NCBI GenBank assembly: GCA_963703285.1
Contig: OY969807.1
Location: forward strand, 160,001-224,000
Direction: 5' to 3'
From: an uncultured Nitrososphaerota archaeon
Lineage (GTDB): Archaea; Thermoproteota; Nitrososphaeria; Nitrososphaerales; Gagatemarchaeaceae
DNA: 64,000 nucleotides
Each line of letters opens with the position of its first letter. The stretch's first letter is position 1. This document shows, one piece after another, positions 1-9,884 of the stretch. A program made the position numbers and the translations under genes. Under the pieces are notes generated by a model that was given only the letters and a program-made list of their open reading frames with translations, was not told where the DNA came from and did no database searches.

Positions 1-1
1 G

Positions 2-784
2 CAGAAGTTCCTCGCGCAGGACCCGAACCATCCCGGAAGCCTCGGGATCGCGATAAGCGAGGCTATCGAGGACTGCGTGACTCACGACAACACGAAGTAC
101 GCGATCGGCAGCGTCGTGAACCACGTCCTCCTCCACCAGTCAGTAATCGGCGAGGAGGCGGTCGAGCAGATGAAGATGTTCGAGGCAGAGCCGGACTACA
201 TAGTGGGGTGCATAGGCGGTGGGAGCAACTACGCCGGGCTGGCTTATCCGTTCATGAGGGAGAAGCTCCGGGGAAGGAGCCAGGCGGACTTCGTGGCCGT
301 CGAACCGAAGGCCGTCCCCTCCACCACCAGGGGAGAGTACCGCTACGACTTCGGGGACACGGGCGAGATGACCCCGCTCTTCAAGATGTACACCGTGGGC
401 CACACCTTCCAGTGCCCGCCCATCCACGGGGGAGGGCTGCGCTATCACGGGAAGGCGCCGTCGATGTCGATGCTGATAGACAAGGGTCTGATGAGGAGCG
501 TCGCCTACTCGCAGAACGAGGCAATGGATGCGGCGATCACGTTCGCAAGGACCGAGGGAATCGTCGTCGCCCCCGAGACGAGCCACGCCGTGAGGGCGGC
601 GATAGACATCGCGCTCCAGTGCAAGGAGAAGAACGAGGAGAAGACAATCCTCTTCAACCTAAGCGGCCACGGCCTCCTCGACCTCAAGGCGTACGAGGAC
701 AAGCTCGCTGGGACGCTGGTGGACTACTCTCCCGACGACGCCACAATTAGCAGGGCCCTCGAATCCCTGCCCAGGGTCGCCTAG
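2..784 (+). CDS. trpB2: Tryptophan synthase beta chain 2 (TrpB2), 5'-truncated by window edge
   Basis: [43 protein letters not shown] and [12 protein letters not shown] motifs; frame open to window start. Confidence 0.95.
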   Translation, partial: QKFLAQDPNHPGSLGIAISEAIEDCVTHDNTKYAIGSVVNHVLLHQSVIGEEAVEQMKMFEAEPDYIVGCIGGGSNYAGLAYPFMREKLRGRSQADFVAVEPKAVPSTTRGEYRYDFGDTGEMTPLFKMYTVGHTFQCPPIHGGGLRYHGKAPSMSMLIDKGLMRSVAYSQNEAMDAAITFARTEGIVVAPETSHAVRAAIDIALQCKEKNEEKTILFNLSGHGLLDLKAYEDKLAGTLVDYSPDDATISRALESLPRVA

Positions 785-848
785 GCAGGGGAGCGGGCCT
801 TCCGCGGCGCGTCTCTCAAATACGCGGCTTGACGTGGCGGGACGCAGG

Positions 849-1778
849 ATGAGAAACCTGCTCTCGATGGCGGACCTCTCGGGCGAGGACCTCGGATCTC
901 TGCTCAAGAGAGCCGCAGTCCTGAAGAGGAAGATCAAGTCCCGCCAGGAGATAGGGTCCCTGAACGGCAGGGTGGTGGGCCTCCTCTTCGAGAAACCCTC
1001 CACGCGGACCAGGACGAGTTTCGAGGTCGCGACCGTCAGGCTGGGGGGCCACTCCCTCTATCTCGCTTCGAACGAGCTCCAGCTCAGCCGGGGAGAGCCG
1101 GTAGAGGACACGGCCCGGATACTGGGAAGCTACCTTGACGCCATAGTGGCGAGAGTGTACTCGCAGGAGCTGGTGATCAAGCTGGCCGAGTTCTCGGGGG
1201 TCGCGACGATAAATGCCCTAAGCGACCTGGAGCACCCGACGCAGATTGTGGCGGATCTCTTTACCATAGCTGAGGTTAAGGGGGCCCTCAAGGGGCTCAA
1301 GGTCGCATACATCGGTGACGGCGATAACGTCTGCAACTCTCTCCTGCTCGGAGCGGCCACCATGGGGATGGACATCTCGGTGGCGTGCCCGGAGAACTAC
1401 CGACCAAACGAGACCATCCTGAAGAAGGCGATTAAGATTGGGGACTCGACCGGGAGCGAGGTGCAGGTCTTCACCGACCCGGCGAGAGCCGCATCGGCTG
1501 CAGATGTGATCTACACGGATGTGTGGGTCAGCATGGGAGAGGAAGGCGAGAAGGATAGGAGGCTGAGGGCGTTCCGAGGCTATCAGATAAACTCAAAGCT
1601 CCTTGCGCTCGCGAAGAAGGACGTTAGCGTGATGCACTGCCTCCCGGCTCACAGGGGCCTTGAGATAACGGAGGACATCATCGAGGGACCTCACTCCATA
1701 GTCTGGCAGCAGGGAGAGAACAAGCTCTACGGCGCGGCCGCGGTCCTCGACTGGCTGGTCGGGAGCCGAAGCCGTTAG
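849..1778 (+). CDS. argF: Ornithine carbamoyltransferase
   Basis: FEKPSTRTR, HPTQ, YTDVWVSMG and MHCLP motifs. Confidence 0.97.
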   Translation: MRNLLSMADLSGEDLGSLLKRAAVLKRKIKSRQEIGSLNGRVVGLLFEKPSTRTRTSFEVATVRLGGHSLYLASNELQLSRGEPVEDTARILGSYLDAIVARVYSQELVIKLAEFSGVATINALSDLEHPTQIVADLFTIAEVKGALKGLKVAYIGDGDNVCNSLLLGAATMGMDISVACPENYRPNETILKKAIKIGDSTGSEVQVFTDPARAASAADVIYTDVWVSMGEEGEKDRRLRAFRGYQINSKLLALAKKDVSVMHCLPAHRGLEITEDIIEGPHSIVWQQGENKLYGAAAVLDWLVGSRSR

Positions 1779-1869
1779 CACATTGCGACCGCTGTCGTTG
1801 CCAGACCTGTATCATTGACTTACCCTTGTCCTGAGGCGCTAGGCTAGGCCCACCCTAGTCGGGCGAGAG

Positions 1870-2742
1870 CTAGTACCCCTTTCTTCGGAAGAACTCCGTC
1901 GCCGCCCTCCGTTCAGCCCCCTCGAAGCCCGCGAAATCACCCTGCATCATAGAATCCATATGCTCCCTTAGGAGGCGCGTGGAGACCTTGTGGTAGAACT
2001 CCTTGCAGACCTCGATCCCGCGCGTGACCTCTTCGTCGCTCTCGTAGAGCCCCCTCTCCTCGATGGAGTATCCGAGAGCCCTGAGCGCGCCGAGGAACCT
2101 GCCGAAGTTGCTCCCTCTGTCCCTGATCGCCTGGACCATCGCCTCCGAGATCGTGATGGTCTCTGGTTTGGAGGCCTGGACGAAGTCGATCACGGTTTTC
2201 GCTGACTGGAGCACGCCAGGTGCCGCTTTCCTGATCTGCGTGTAGCACTCATCCTGCATCTCCTCCATATAATCCACATCTATGTCCAGTAACCATCGGC
2301 CTGACTGGTTCAGGCGCGGCACAAGGGCGGAGAGGCGCCGCGGCGGACTCGGATACACGTCGATGTTCAGCGAGGCTCTGAGAAACGAGACCACGGACGA
2401 GACGGACTCCCGTTCGGGGAGCCTCACGGCGGGGGGGAGTCTCAGCTCAATCTCCTCGGCGTGCTTAGTCAGCATGCGCTCCGGTATCGCTACTATCAAC
2501 CCGGGGCGGGTCGTCGACCTACGCCCTGCTCCGGAATCGTTGGCGCCTCCCAAGATCTCGCTGATGACTGAATGTACGCTCGTGCGTTGCGCCACGAGGC
2601 GGAGGTCCTCCGGATAGACCCCGTAGTCGCCTCCGAGGGAGACGTCGAGGTGGGAGTCGAGGCTCAGCACGGCGAAGTCTCCGCCGAGAGCCTCGATGGT
2701 CGGGGGGACCTGGGAGTGAATGCTGTGGACTATCGCTCTCAT
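1870..2742 (-). CDS. Hypothetical protein, arginase/deacetylase-like fold (UPF0489-like)
   Basis: HSIHS, LSLDSHLD and LLDIDVDY motifs resemble ureohydrolase metal-binding motifs. Confidence 0.55.
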   Translation of the reverse strand: MRAIVHSIHSQVPPTIEALGGDFAVLSLDSHLDVSLGGDYGVYPEDLRLVAQRTSVHSVISEILGGANDSGAGRRSTTRPGLIVAIPERMLTKHAEEIELRLPPAVRLPERESVSSVVSFLRASLNIDVYPSPPRRLSALVPRLNQSGRWLLDIDVDYMEEMQDECYTQIRKAAPGVLQSAKTVIDFVQASKPETITISEAMVQAIRDRGSNFGRFLGALRALGYSIEERGLYESDEEVTRGIEVCKEFYHKVSTRLLREHMDSMMQGDFAGFEGAERRAATEFFRRKGY

Positions 2743-2757
2743 TTAGTGTCGCCCGAG

Positions 2758-3228
2758 TCAGACCTCGTAGAGGTAGATCGGGTGGGGCTTACTCCATCCC
2801 TTGGGCGTCACTTCAATCTCCTTCGCCGGCTTCCAATCGAGGATCGGATAGTCGAAGTTGACGACCCTCGCTCCTGTGTGGAGCTCCTTGGAGAGCTTCG
2901 GCGTCAAGAGGTTCAGCGTGTAGCTGGAAAGGTAGACGGCCAGGACATCCGCCTTCCCTAGGCCCACGTGCTTGAAGTTGCGACGGATGATGGTCACTCT
3001 CTTGGAGAGGCCCAGTTCTTTGACTCTCTGGCGGCTCTGCGTTACGAGGCGCGCCCTGAGTTCGACGCCCACGGCCCTTGCTCCGAAGTCTCTTGCGGCG
3101 GCGATCACGAGCCTGCCGTCCCCGGAACCGAGGTCGTAGACCACCTCGTCGGGCCGCACCGAAGCCAGACTCAGCATGATCGGGATCACATCTTCCGGGG
3201 TCGGGATGTGGGGCTCGGTGTAGTTCAA
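2758..3228 (-). CDS. Class I SAM-dependent methyltransferase
   Basis: VYDLGSGDGRLV motif I; GVEL; PIYLY C-terminus. Confidence 0.9.
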   Translation of the reverse strand: MNYTEPHIPTPEDVIPIMLSLASVRPDEVVYDLGSGDGRLVIAAARDFGARAVGVELRARLVTQSRQRVKELGLSKRVTIIRRNFKHVGLGKADVLAVYLSSYTLNLLTPKLSKELHTGARVVNFDYPILDWKPAKEIEVTPKGWSKPHPIYLYEV

Positions 3229-3337
3229 CGGTCGATCGAGCGCTCTTTGACTAGATAAACACCCAGCCGCCGTTCGGCGTCCGCCGCTCCGACGGTAGGG
3301 CCGGGACCGTGGCCATCGTACTTTGCCTGTCTGGCGC

Positions 3338-3562
3338 CTATCCTAGCTTCAGCAGGTACTCTGCCAAGTCGTCGGGATCCATGACGTCCAGCTCTTCGAC
3401 CGTGTCTTCAAGCTCCTCGATTGGCATCTCGATTTCCCTCATCACCAGCTTGCCCCCATCCTTGTAGGTCAGACGGGAACGCTTGTTCCCAGCATCGGTC
3501 AGGGACACGAACTCGAGACCCTTGGCCCTGAACGAATCCCTCACATCTGAAATCAGAGGCAT
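3338..3562 (-). CDS. Small hypothetical protein (74 aa)
   Basis: ATG start, host-like codon usage, acidic C-terminus. Confidence 0.6.
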   Translation of the reverse strand: MPLISDVRDSFRAKGLEFVSLTDAGNKRSRLTYKDGGKLVMREIEMPIEELEDTVEELDVMDPDDLAEYLLKLG

Positions 3563-4030
3563 GGGCTTGGCCCGGAGGGGAGCGCCTATTCACACTATCG
3601 GTGACCGTCACATATCGGTTCGCAAGGAGGCTCCGATACCTCCTTGAAGATGGGAGGGGATCCTATCGATGGCCCTTCGAGGCCGAGGGAATCCGAGAAG
3701 TGCTCAGGCCCCAAATTGGCGCGCATGCGTCGCGGGCATCTTGCATCTAATCGAGGATGGTAAATCACCGATGGTTGATAGGTCTCCTAGACATAGATCA
3801 GAATCCCAACCACCGCCGACAGCACCAGAAGAAGCAGTACGAGTATGCTCAACGCTCTAATCCAGCGCTTGCTCAAGTTGGCTTTGTTATCCCTCTTGGG
3901 GAGTGAATTAAGCTTCTAGAGTTCGGCAATCATCCTGCAGAGTGCCTCCGACCCCATGACTTGCGCAGATGCGCCACACGGACATTAGGATGGAAAGGGT
4001 AAAAGCGCAAGGCTGGCGCCGACGAGGACC

Positions 4031-5731
4031 ATGGAGATGAGCGCGTCAAGGTCCCTTGAGCAGCTCTCTGAAAGGTATTGGCAAGAGAGGTTGGCAAACG
4101 ACCCGCTGATGGCGACGGCTCTCGGCGACAGGAGATTCGACGGCGAGCTCCCGGATGTCTCACCCGCAGGGCGCGCCAGGTCCAGAAACCAGTACGAGGA
4201 CGTCGTCCAAGCCTGCGGCGCGATTGAAGAGGCTGCCCTTCGTCCGCAGGAACGCCTGACGAGGACCTCCCTCCTGATCGATGCGCGTTCGCAGGTGGAA
4301 TACGCCCTCTGCAATCTCGAAGAATGGACTGTTGACCCCCTCCACGGGCCCCAGGTCGAGATGATGAACGTGCAGTCCTACCAACCCGTGAAGACCCCCG
4401 AGGAGGGTAGAGCTTTGGCCAGACGGTGGCGGGGCATCGGGCCGTACATGGATCAGCACATCGCGAACCTCAGCATTGGCGCGGCGTCAGGGAGGTTTGC
4501 GACGAGGAAGGGCGTCGAGAAGGTCATAGACGAGCTCCAGGACCTGCTTGCCAAGCCCGATGCCGAGTGGGCGCTCCTGAAACCACTGGAGGTGGACCAC
4601 TCCGGATGGTCTGACGAGGACAATCGGGAGTTCAGGACGGGGCTCATCGGCGCTGTCAGGGAGACTGCTCGGCCTGGCTTCGCCAGGTACCTGCAGTTCT
4701 TGGAGTCTGAGGTCCTTCCGAGGTCGAAGCCACAGGACCGTCCAGGGATATCCCACATCCCCGGCGGCGGGGAGGACTACGCCAGGTTGATCCGGGTGCA
4801 CACATCTCTCGACCTGACGGCCAAGGTGCTGCACCAGACCGGCCTGGCGGAAGTATCCCGGATCAACGAGGAGATGAGGGCGCTGGGGAAGAAGGTGTTC
4901 GGGACGGAGGACAGGCAGGCGATTATGGCCCGCCTGAGGACCGACCCCTCGCTCTACTTCTCCGATGGCGACGAAGTAGAGGCAAAGGCGAGAGCCGCGC
5001 TGGCAAGGGCGAATGCCGCCATCGGAAAGTGGTTCGGCCGCCTGCCCCGGACGCCCTGCGAAGTGGTGAGGATGGAAAAGCACGAGGAGAAGCACTCCAC
5101 GATAGCGTACTACCTTCCGCCCGCCGCGGACGGGTCCAGGCCCGGGAGATACTACATCAACACCTCTGCCCCGGAGACTCGACCGAGGTACGAGGCAGAA
5201 GCGCTGGCGTACCATGAGTCGGTTCCGGGGCATCACCTGCAGATCGCGATAGCCCAAGAGCTAGTGTCGTTGCCTCAATTCAGGAGGAACAGCGGAGTCA
5301 CCGCCTTCATCGAGGGGTGGGGCCTCTACTCGGAGCGCCTAGCCGACGAGATGGGCCTGTACTCCTCCGACCTCGACAGAATGGGGATGCTCTCCTTCGA
5401 TGCATGGAGGGCATGCAGGCTCGTGGTCGACACGGGGATGCACTCCCTCGGATGGACGAGGGCCCAGGCCATAGAGTACATGATGCAGAACACAGCCTTG
5501 GCGTCCAACAACATCGTCAACGAGGTTGACAGGTACATCACCTGGCCCGGCCAGGCTCTCGCCTACAAGACCGGACAGCTGGAGATGTTGGCGCTCAGGC
5601 GCAAGGCTGGGGACGCGCTGGCCGACAAGTTCGACATCCGTGAGTTCCACGACGCCCTGTTGGGAAGCGGTGCGGTCCCGCTCGAGGCCCTTAGAGAATT
5701 GATTGCAGACTACACGCATTCAAGAGAATAG
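4031..5731 (+). CDS. DUF885 family protein (putative metallopeptidase-like)
   Basis: HESVPGHHLQ, EGWGLYSE, RACRLVVDTGMH and PGQALAYK motifs. Confidence 0.92.
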   Translation: MEMSASRSLEQLSERYWQERLANDPLMATALGDRRFDGELPDVSPAGRARSRNQYEDVVQACGAIEEAALRPQERLTRTSLLIDARSQVEYALCNLEEWTVDPLHGPQVEMMNVQSYQPVKTPEEGRALARRWRGIGPYMDQHIANLSIGAASGRFATRKGVEKVIDELQDLLAKPDAEWALLKPLEVDHSGWSDEDNREFRTGLIGAVRETARPGFARYLQFLESEVLPRSKPQDRPGISHIPGGGEDYARLIRVHTSLDLTAKVLHQTGLAEVSRINEEMRALGKKVFGTEDRQAIMARLRTDPSLYFSDGDEVEAKARAALARANAAIGKWFGRLPRTPCEVVRMEKHEEKHSTIAYYLPPAADGSRPGRYYINTSAPETRPRYEAEALAYHESVPGHHLQIAIAQELVSLPQFRRNSGVTAFIEGWGLYSERLADEMGLYSSDLDRMGMLSFDAWRACRLVVDTGMHSLGWTRAQAIEYMMQNTALASNNIVNEVDRYITWPGQALAYKTGQLEMLALRRKAGDALADKFDIREFHDALLGSGAVPLEALRELIADYTHSRE

Positions 5732-5858
5732 TAGAAGATTCCGCATGCCGAGGTTCAGAATGCCCGAGGGGCGGTGCGGATCCTTCGGCTTTGGACCACT
5801 TTTCGGCGCGAGTTGGGCGCGCCTCTTATATCCTAGTATAACATACTTGATAACTCGG

Positions 5859-6266
5859 TTGTCCGGACCGTACACGCTGGAAGCCGTCCTGATTCTCGCA
5901 GTTTACTTCATAGGCGCCGCGGGAGACCATTTCACCACAGGCTACATCGTCACGGCACCCGGGGGCGGTCAGGAACTCAGTCCCCTGTACAACCTGCTGA
6001 AGAATCGCATCACGATTCAAGCGTTCGTGAACCTATCTTTCGTCATAAAGGCGGTCGGCGGGCTTCTCTTCTTCATGATTGCGCCTTCCCTGATGATTCT
6101 TCCGGCCCTGGTTGTCTGCGCCGCTCCGACGTTCAACATGTTCTGGCTCTGGAATGCTCAGAGAGCGACCGCGGGCGCTGCGCTTGCCGGAAAGATCGGG
6201 GTTTCCCCCCCGGATATGACTCCGCTCTCGGAGGCCGCAGAGACGGCAATTGCGGACGCCGACTAG
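5859..6266 (+). CDS. Small membrane protein, DUF5658-like; start uncertain (5745 or 5859)
   Basis: DHFTT...GGQELSP motif plus hydrophobic helices; TATA-like TTATAT about 30 nt upstream of TTG 5859. Confidence 0.55.
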   Translation: MSGPYTLEAVLILAVYFIGAAGDHFTTGYIVTAPGGGQELSPLYNLLKNRITIQAFVNLSFVIKAVGGLLFFMIAPSLMILPALVVCAAPTFNMFWLWNAQRATAGAALAGKIGVSPPDMTPLSEAAETAIADAD

Positions 6267-6321
6267 GGAAAAGTGAATTCGCTGGCGCGGCACAAAGCGC
6301 TCACAGGGTCGAGTCGCACTG

Positions 6322-6340
6322 GTAGCCCGACTAGGATTCG
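6322..6340 (-). repeat. Distal att copy of the tRNA-Gln 3' end
   Basis: Exact 19-bp match to 17691-17709. Confidence 0.9.
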
Positions 6341-6589
6341 CTACTAGGATGGGGTTGGAACCACCAGCTCCCTGATGACCTTCTTCGGGTTCCTCGTGGT
6401 CGGGCTCTACTTCTTGGGAAAGATTTCGAGAAGGAAGAAACAATCGGATTAGGAGTTAGGGGCTCGCTGCTGTGTCTGACCGTAAGAATAGGTGGGGATG
6501 GAGCAAGTCGCAAATCCCATCGTTCGGACGGTTCTGATAACTCGTCGGGGTATTGAAATATCCGGATTACCGATGCGGCATGCCCGCAA

Positions 6590-7093
6590 TTGAAACTATG
6601 GATAATCGGGCTCGCCTGCGCGATCGGGCTATCCCTTGGGTCGTACTTCTTGGGCGCCGGACTCTTCGACCTCTGCTACACCATCGGGCCTATCCGGCCC
6701 GGGGCATGCGAGTCAGGTGGCTTTGTGGTAGAGCAGGATTCTTCTCTGGTAGCGATAGGAATCTTGTTAGCGCTGCTTTCCATGATCACCTTAGCTTATG
6801 CTGTGAAGAGGAGGAGAAGCCTCGAATCGACCGCCTGGGTACTCTGGTTCGCCAGGTCGGTCTTCGTAGTCGGAATAGCCACCGGAATCCTGATCTTCTT
6901 CGGCTCCTCTGATATCTGCGACCCGTTTGGGCCTTTTGGAACGACGGGAACGTTCTGCACTTCCTTCAATCCGTATGAAGCAATCGGTCCTATACTCACA
7001 CTAATCTCTCTCGTCGGTTTAGTCTATTCATTGAAGACAACGAACCAACAAAGAAACGGAACAAAACCAAACCGTTCGGCCAAAAGCATTTAG
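6590..7093 (+). CDS. Hypothetical membrane protein with Cys pairs in loops
   Basis: About 4 hydrophobic helices; C...C loops. Confidence 0.65.
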   Translation: MKLWIIGLACAIGLSLGSYFLGAGLFDLCYTIGPIRPGACESGGFVVEQDSSLVAIGILLALLSMITLAYAVKRRRSLESTAWVLWFARSVFVVGIATGILIFFGSSDICDPFGPFGTTGTFCTSFNPYEAIGPILTLISLVGLVYSLKTTNQQRNGTKPNRSAKSI

Positions 7094-7129
7094 GATTAGA
7101 AGATTCGCATTATTACGAAGGTCGGAACG

Positions 7130-7531
7130 ATGAACTTCTCCCGGCTGAGCCTGATACTTGTAGCGTTCGGAGCGCTCTCGTTCGTCCTATGGGAAGAAGA
7201 CATCGCCATTCCGCTGAACCTGGCCCTGGTCTATTTCGGGGGGCTGGGAGTTTTTGGAGGTGGTCTCTTTGCCTGTCTTGGTGCTCTTCAGAGGTGGAGG
7301 ACTCCAAACGCGCGCTCCAACCTCTTCATGGATGCCGTATGGACGATGGTGTCGATTGCACTGATAGTATCCATTGGGTCGTTCCTGGTCCTGACCCAGA
7401 CCCAGTGCTTCAGCCCGTTCCTGAGGGCCGAGACTTGCAATCTGGCTGGCTATCACGCACCCATCTATGCAGGGCTCGCGGTAGCGGCGGCCGGTCTAGG
7501 CATCGTCGTCTACGGGAGAGTTTCAAGATGA
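7130..7531 (+). CDS. Hypothetical membrane protein
   Basis: About 4 hydrophobic helices, ATG start. Confidence 0.65.
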   Translation: MNFSRLSLILVAFGALSFVLWEEDIAIPLNLALVYFGGLGVFGGGLFACLGALQRWRTPNARSNLFMDAVWTMVSIALIVSIGSFLVLTQTQCFSPFLRAETCNLAGYHAPIYAGLAVAAAGLGIVVYGRVSR

Positions 7532-7552
7532 TAGCCTCTTTACAAAACAAAT

Positions 7553-7723
7553 TCAGGCAGTGACTTCCTTCGGCTTCGTCGTGAAGAGTCTCCTCTCCTC
7601 GTCGCTGAGGAAGTTATAGAAAGGTATCCGACCTTCCTGAGTCACCAGTATCCCCTGTCCTATCTTGGTCTTGACGATGAACTTCTCCTCGCCGTCGCTG
7701 AGGTTGAACGCCTCCTTGAAGAT
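7553..7723 (-). pseudogene. C-terminal remnant of a VirB4-like conjugation ATPase
   Basis: Translates IFKEAFNLSDGEEKFIVKTKIGQGILVTQEGRIPFYNFLSDEERRLFTTKPKEVTA*, resembling the VirB4/TraE C-terminus; rest of gene absent. Confidence 0.65.
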
Positions 7724-7834
7724 CCCACTTGGGCTCGTCCTGCCTGTAGATGGGAGGCGCTAGCTGTCAGCAAATGGAATAGCTCGCTTCTGCCTCTAAA
7801 CGCCTAACAGAGCGAATTATGCGCTTATTTTAGA

Positions 7835-7850
7835 TAGCCCGACTAAGATT
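7835..7850 (-). repeat. Degenerate internal att copy of the tRNA-Gln 3' end
   Basis: TAGCCCGACTAAGATT, 15/16 identical to TAGCCCGACTAGGATT, same orientation. Confidence 0.7.
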
Positions 7851-8074
7851 ATATAAAAAAGCTTGGTATCTCATGCCTTGCGCAGGTTCTGCTTCCTTGT
7901 CGAGTGATTCCTGATTGCGCTACACTTCGGGTGATGGATTCTCGGGCGGGAAGATAGGCACGATCTGAAAATCATCGTCTGTTCGTTATTGTAACGAGAG
8001 AACAGACGATTAGTGCCTTTGATCGCTGTTAATATGCATCTTGCAAGAACGGTTCGGGAAGGATAAGTCGTTGG

Positions 8075-8638
8075 TTATTGAGGTCCAAATGCTTGAATGG
8101 CTCCTCCTCTCGATGAAGCTCCTCCTCCTCCTGATGAAGCTTCTGTTGGCTTAGGAATTGAACCCGGAATGGCGTGAACCTGGCCTTCTTTGTCAATTCT
8201 AAACGCACGTTGCCCTGTGTTTACGATGTACATTGGGTCTCCATCTTGAGCGAAGAAACTTGTTCTGTGGACCTCCATTACAATAGTCTGTGTGAAGATG
8301 GTAGTGCCGTCTGCTAGTTCGTATTGGTTCCACGGCGCGAACTCCTGTTCGAACTTCATGGGAATCAGTTCTTCCTTTGGTATCTTGTTCGCATCCGGGA
8401 TTGGTTCGGTCGGCTTTCCTCGGAGTTCCTTCGGGCAGATAGTGGTGAGGATTAGGCTGGTAGAACTGTAATACTTTCCTCTTGTCTCAGGCGTTTCTTT
8501 GATTATTGAATAGAACTTCGCCACCATCATTTTGGCCAGCACGATCGAACCGTCTTCGAGCCGATACCTGGAGAAGCCCTCGTGGGCGATTGAGAAGTCA
8601 ATCGGCTCCTGTTCCCAAAGTTCTATGCTGCCCGTCAT
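8075..8638 (-). CDS. Hypothetical protein with an internally duplicated domain
   Basis: Two copies of P(I/M)(D/K)F....(E/A).(F/W)..Y.L.DG; ATG overlaps the upstream stop (TAATG). Confidence 0.75.
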   Translation of the reverse strand: MTGSIELWEQEPIDFSIAHEGFSRYRLEDGSIVLAKMMVAKFYSIIKETPETRGKYYSSTSLILTTICPKELRGKPTEPIPDANKIPKEELIPMKFEQEFAPWNQYELADGTTIFTQTIVMEVHRTSFFAQDGDPMYIVNTGQRAFRIDKEGQVHAIPGSIPKPTEASSGGGGASSRGGAIQAFGPQ

Positions 8639-9057
8639 TAGTAGTTCAAGATGACCTGTAGCGGTTGAAAATGTTCCTTGTCCGTTCGACCGGCGCCCAG
8701 TGAAGGAATTCTGATTTGAGCCCCAACCGTGGTCGGAACAAGTGAACGCATCATTGCTTGCAAAAGTGACCACCCGAAAGGAGAGAGCGTGTAGAAAGAA
8801 CTGCCCCTTTCGAACCTCTCTCTGGAGAACTGCCGAATCACGCCGGTTCGATGCAAGAGATCGAGGTGGTAGTTGAGCTGGCCATTCGCCAGACCTATTT
8901 TGTTTTGAATTTCGCTGTATGACATTTCTCTGTTTGAAAGAAGAACTTCAACTATCTTCCATCTGGTCGGGTGATCAAGTCCCTCGACCCCCTCTTTCAG
9001 CTCTTGAGGAACTGAATCTGAAGGCATGATGATCTTTTCCATGTCCATGGTCTTCAA
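8638..9057 (-). CDS. ArsR-type winged-HTH regulator
   Basis: LDHPTRWKIVEVL...MSYSEIQNKIGLANGQLNYHLDLL...Y.LS.FG. Confidence 0.85.
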   Translation of the reverse strand: MKTMDMEKIIMPSDSVPQELKEGVEGLDHPTRWKIVEVLLSNREMSYSEIQNKIGLANGQLNYHLDLLHRTGVIRQFSRERFERGSSFYTLSPFGWSLLQAMMRSLVPTTVGAQIRIPSLGAGRTDKEHFQPLQVILNY

Positions 9058-9059
9058 AG

Positions 9060-9635
9060 TTGAGACAAATATATTTGTCTCAAGCCTATAAGTCTAGTGG
9101 ATTCGTACTCCATCGGTTGAGTCTTCCCTTCGGAGAGGAAATCTCCGAATTCCAAGGTAGAAAAAGGGAATTGACGGTGACTTTGTACGGTTCTTACGAA
9201 AGTGGTTTAGTTCGGAGTCTTGACCGTTTAAAGGAACTCAAGAGCTGCCTGATTGGTCGCGGATACCTTAAAACGAGCTTGGTTTCTGATTATCCCTTTA
9301 GGAAAAGGGAGGAATCCGAATCAGAAGACGCATACTGGGCTGCGAAAAGTTTCTATTGGATTGCGAGAAGTGACGTCAATGTCTTCGCGTTTCTTTGCGG
9401 AATGAGGGCTGGAAGTCCGGCTGTGGAGTTGGCAAGCATGAAGGACGAGGCCAGCCTTATCGCAAAGACAATCGTACTCTTTGAGGAGAGATGTTACAAC
9501 CAAATCGAAACCTTGATTCGGGGGTTTGTGAAGTTGCAGGGGGTAGACTGGGCGACCTTCAAAAATGAGGCTGAACTTTGTTCTCTAAGTGCTTCAAAAT
9601 GCCACAGCGAACTGTTCAAGCCGAGTGGATCATGA
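9060..9635 (+). CDS. Nucleoside 2-deoxyribosyltransferase/TIR-like fold protein; start uncertain
   Basis: TLYGSY...SDVNVFAF...GSPAVEL pattern. Confidence 0.55.
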   Translation: MRQIYLSQAYKSSGFVLHRLSLPFGEEISEFQGRKRELTVTLYGSYESGLVRSLDRLKELKSCLIGRGYLKTSLVSDYPFRKREESESEDAYWAAKSFYWIARSDVNVFAFLCGMRAGSPAVELASMKDEASLIAKTIVLFEERCYNQIETLIRGFVKLQGVDWATFKNEAELCSLSASKCHSELFKPSGS

Positions 9636-9853
9636 GTCTATTGCCAAGCGCGGCTTGATTGCTTTCGCTAAGGATCTTGCATCTTCTCAAGAAACATGAG
9701 CGGCCCTGCCGTCTCCCTGCCTCGTCGTGATCTTCGAGCAGTACTCCTTCTCGTAGAGAGGCAAAGCCATCGTCCTCCGGGGCTCTAGGATTTGCGAGAA
9801 AAATCTGCCGTCTTTGACATCCCGATCCTGCCAAGTCGCATAGCAGCCCTCGC

Positions 9854-9884
9854 AGGATTCGCTACTAGGATGGGGTTGGAACCA
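9854..9884. repeat. 31-bp duplicated element end, identical to 6333-6363
   Basis: AGGATTCGCTACTAGGATGGGGTTGGAACCA at both sites. Confidence 0.9.

Noticed and set aside
1854-1864. CCTAGTCGGGC, matching the tRNA-Gln 3' end
   Set aside because: Only 11 bp, in the opposite orientation to the att copies, and in a convergent intergenic region; plausibly chance.
3600-4030. Long intergenic region with hairpins (CAAGGAGG/CCTCCTTG)
   Set aside because: No recognisable ncRNA family or convincing ORF.
8100-8142. Short tandem repeat GCTCCTCCT...GATGAA
   Set aside because: Encodes the low-complexity ASSGGGG/ASSRGG tail; only two units.
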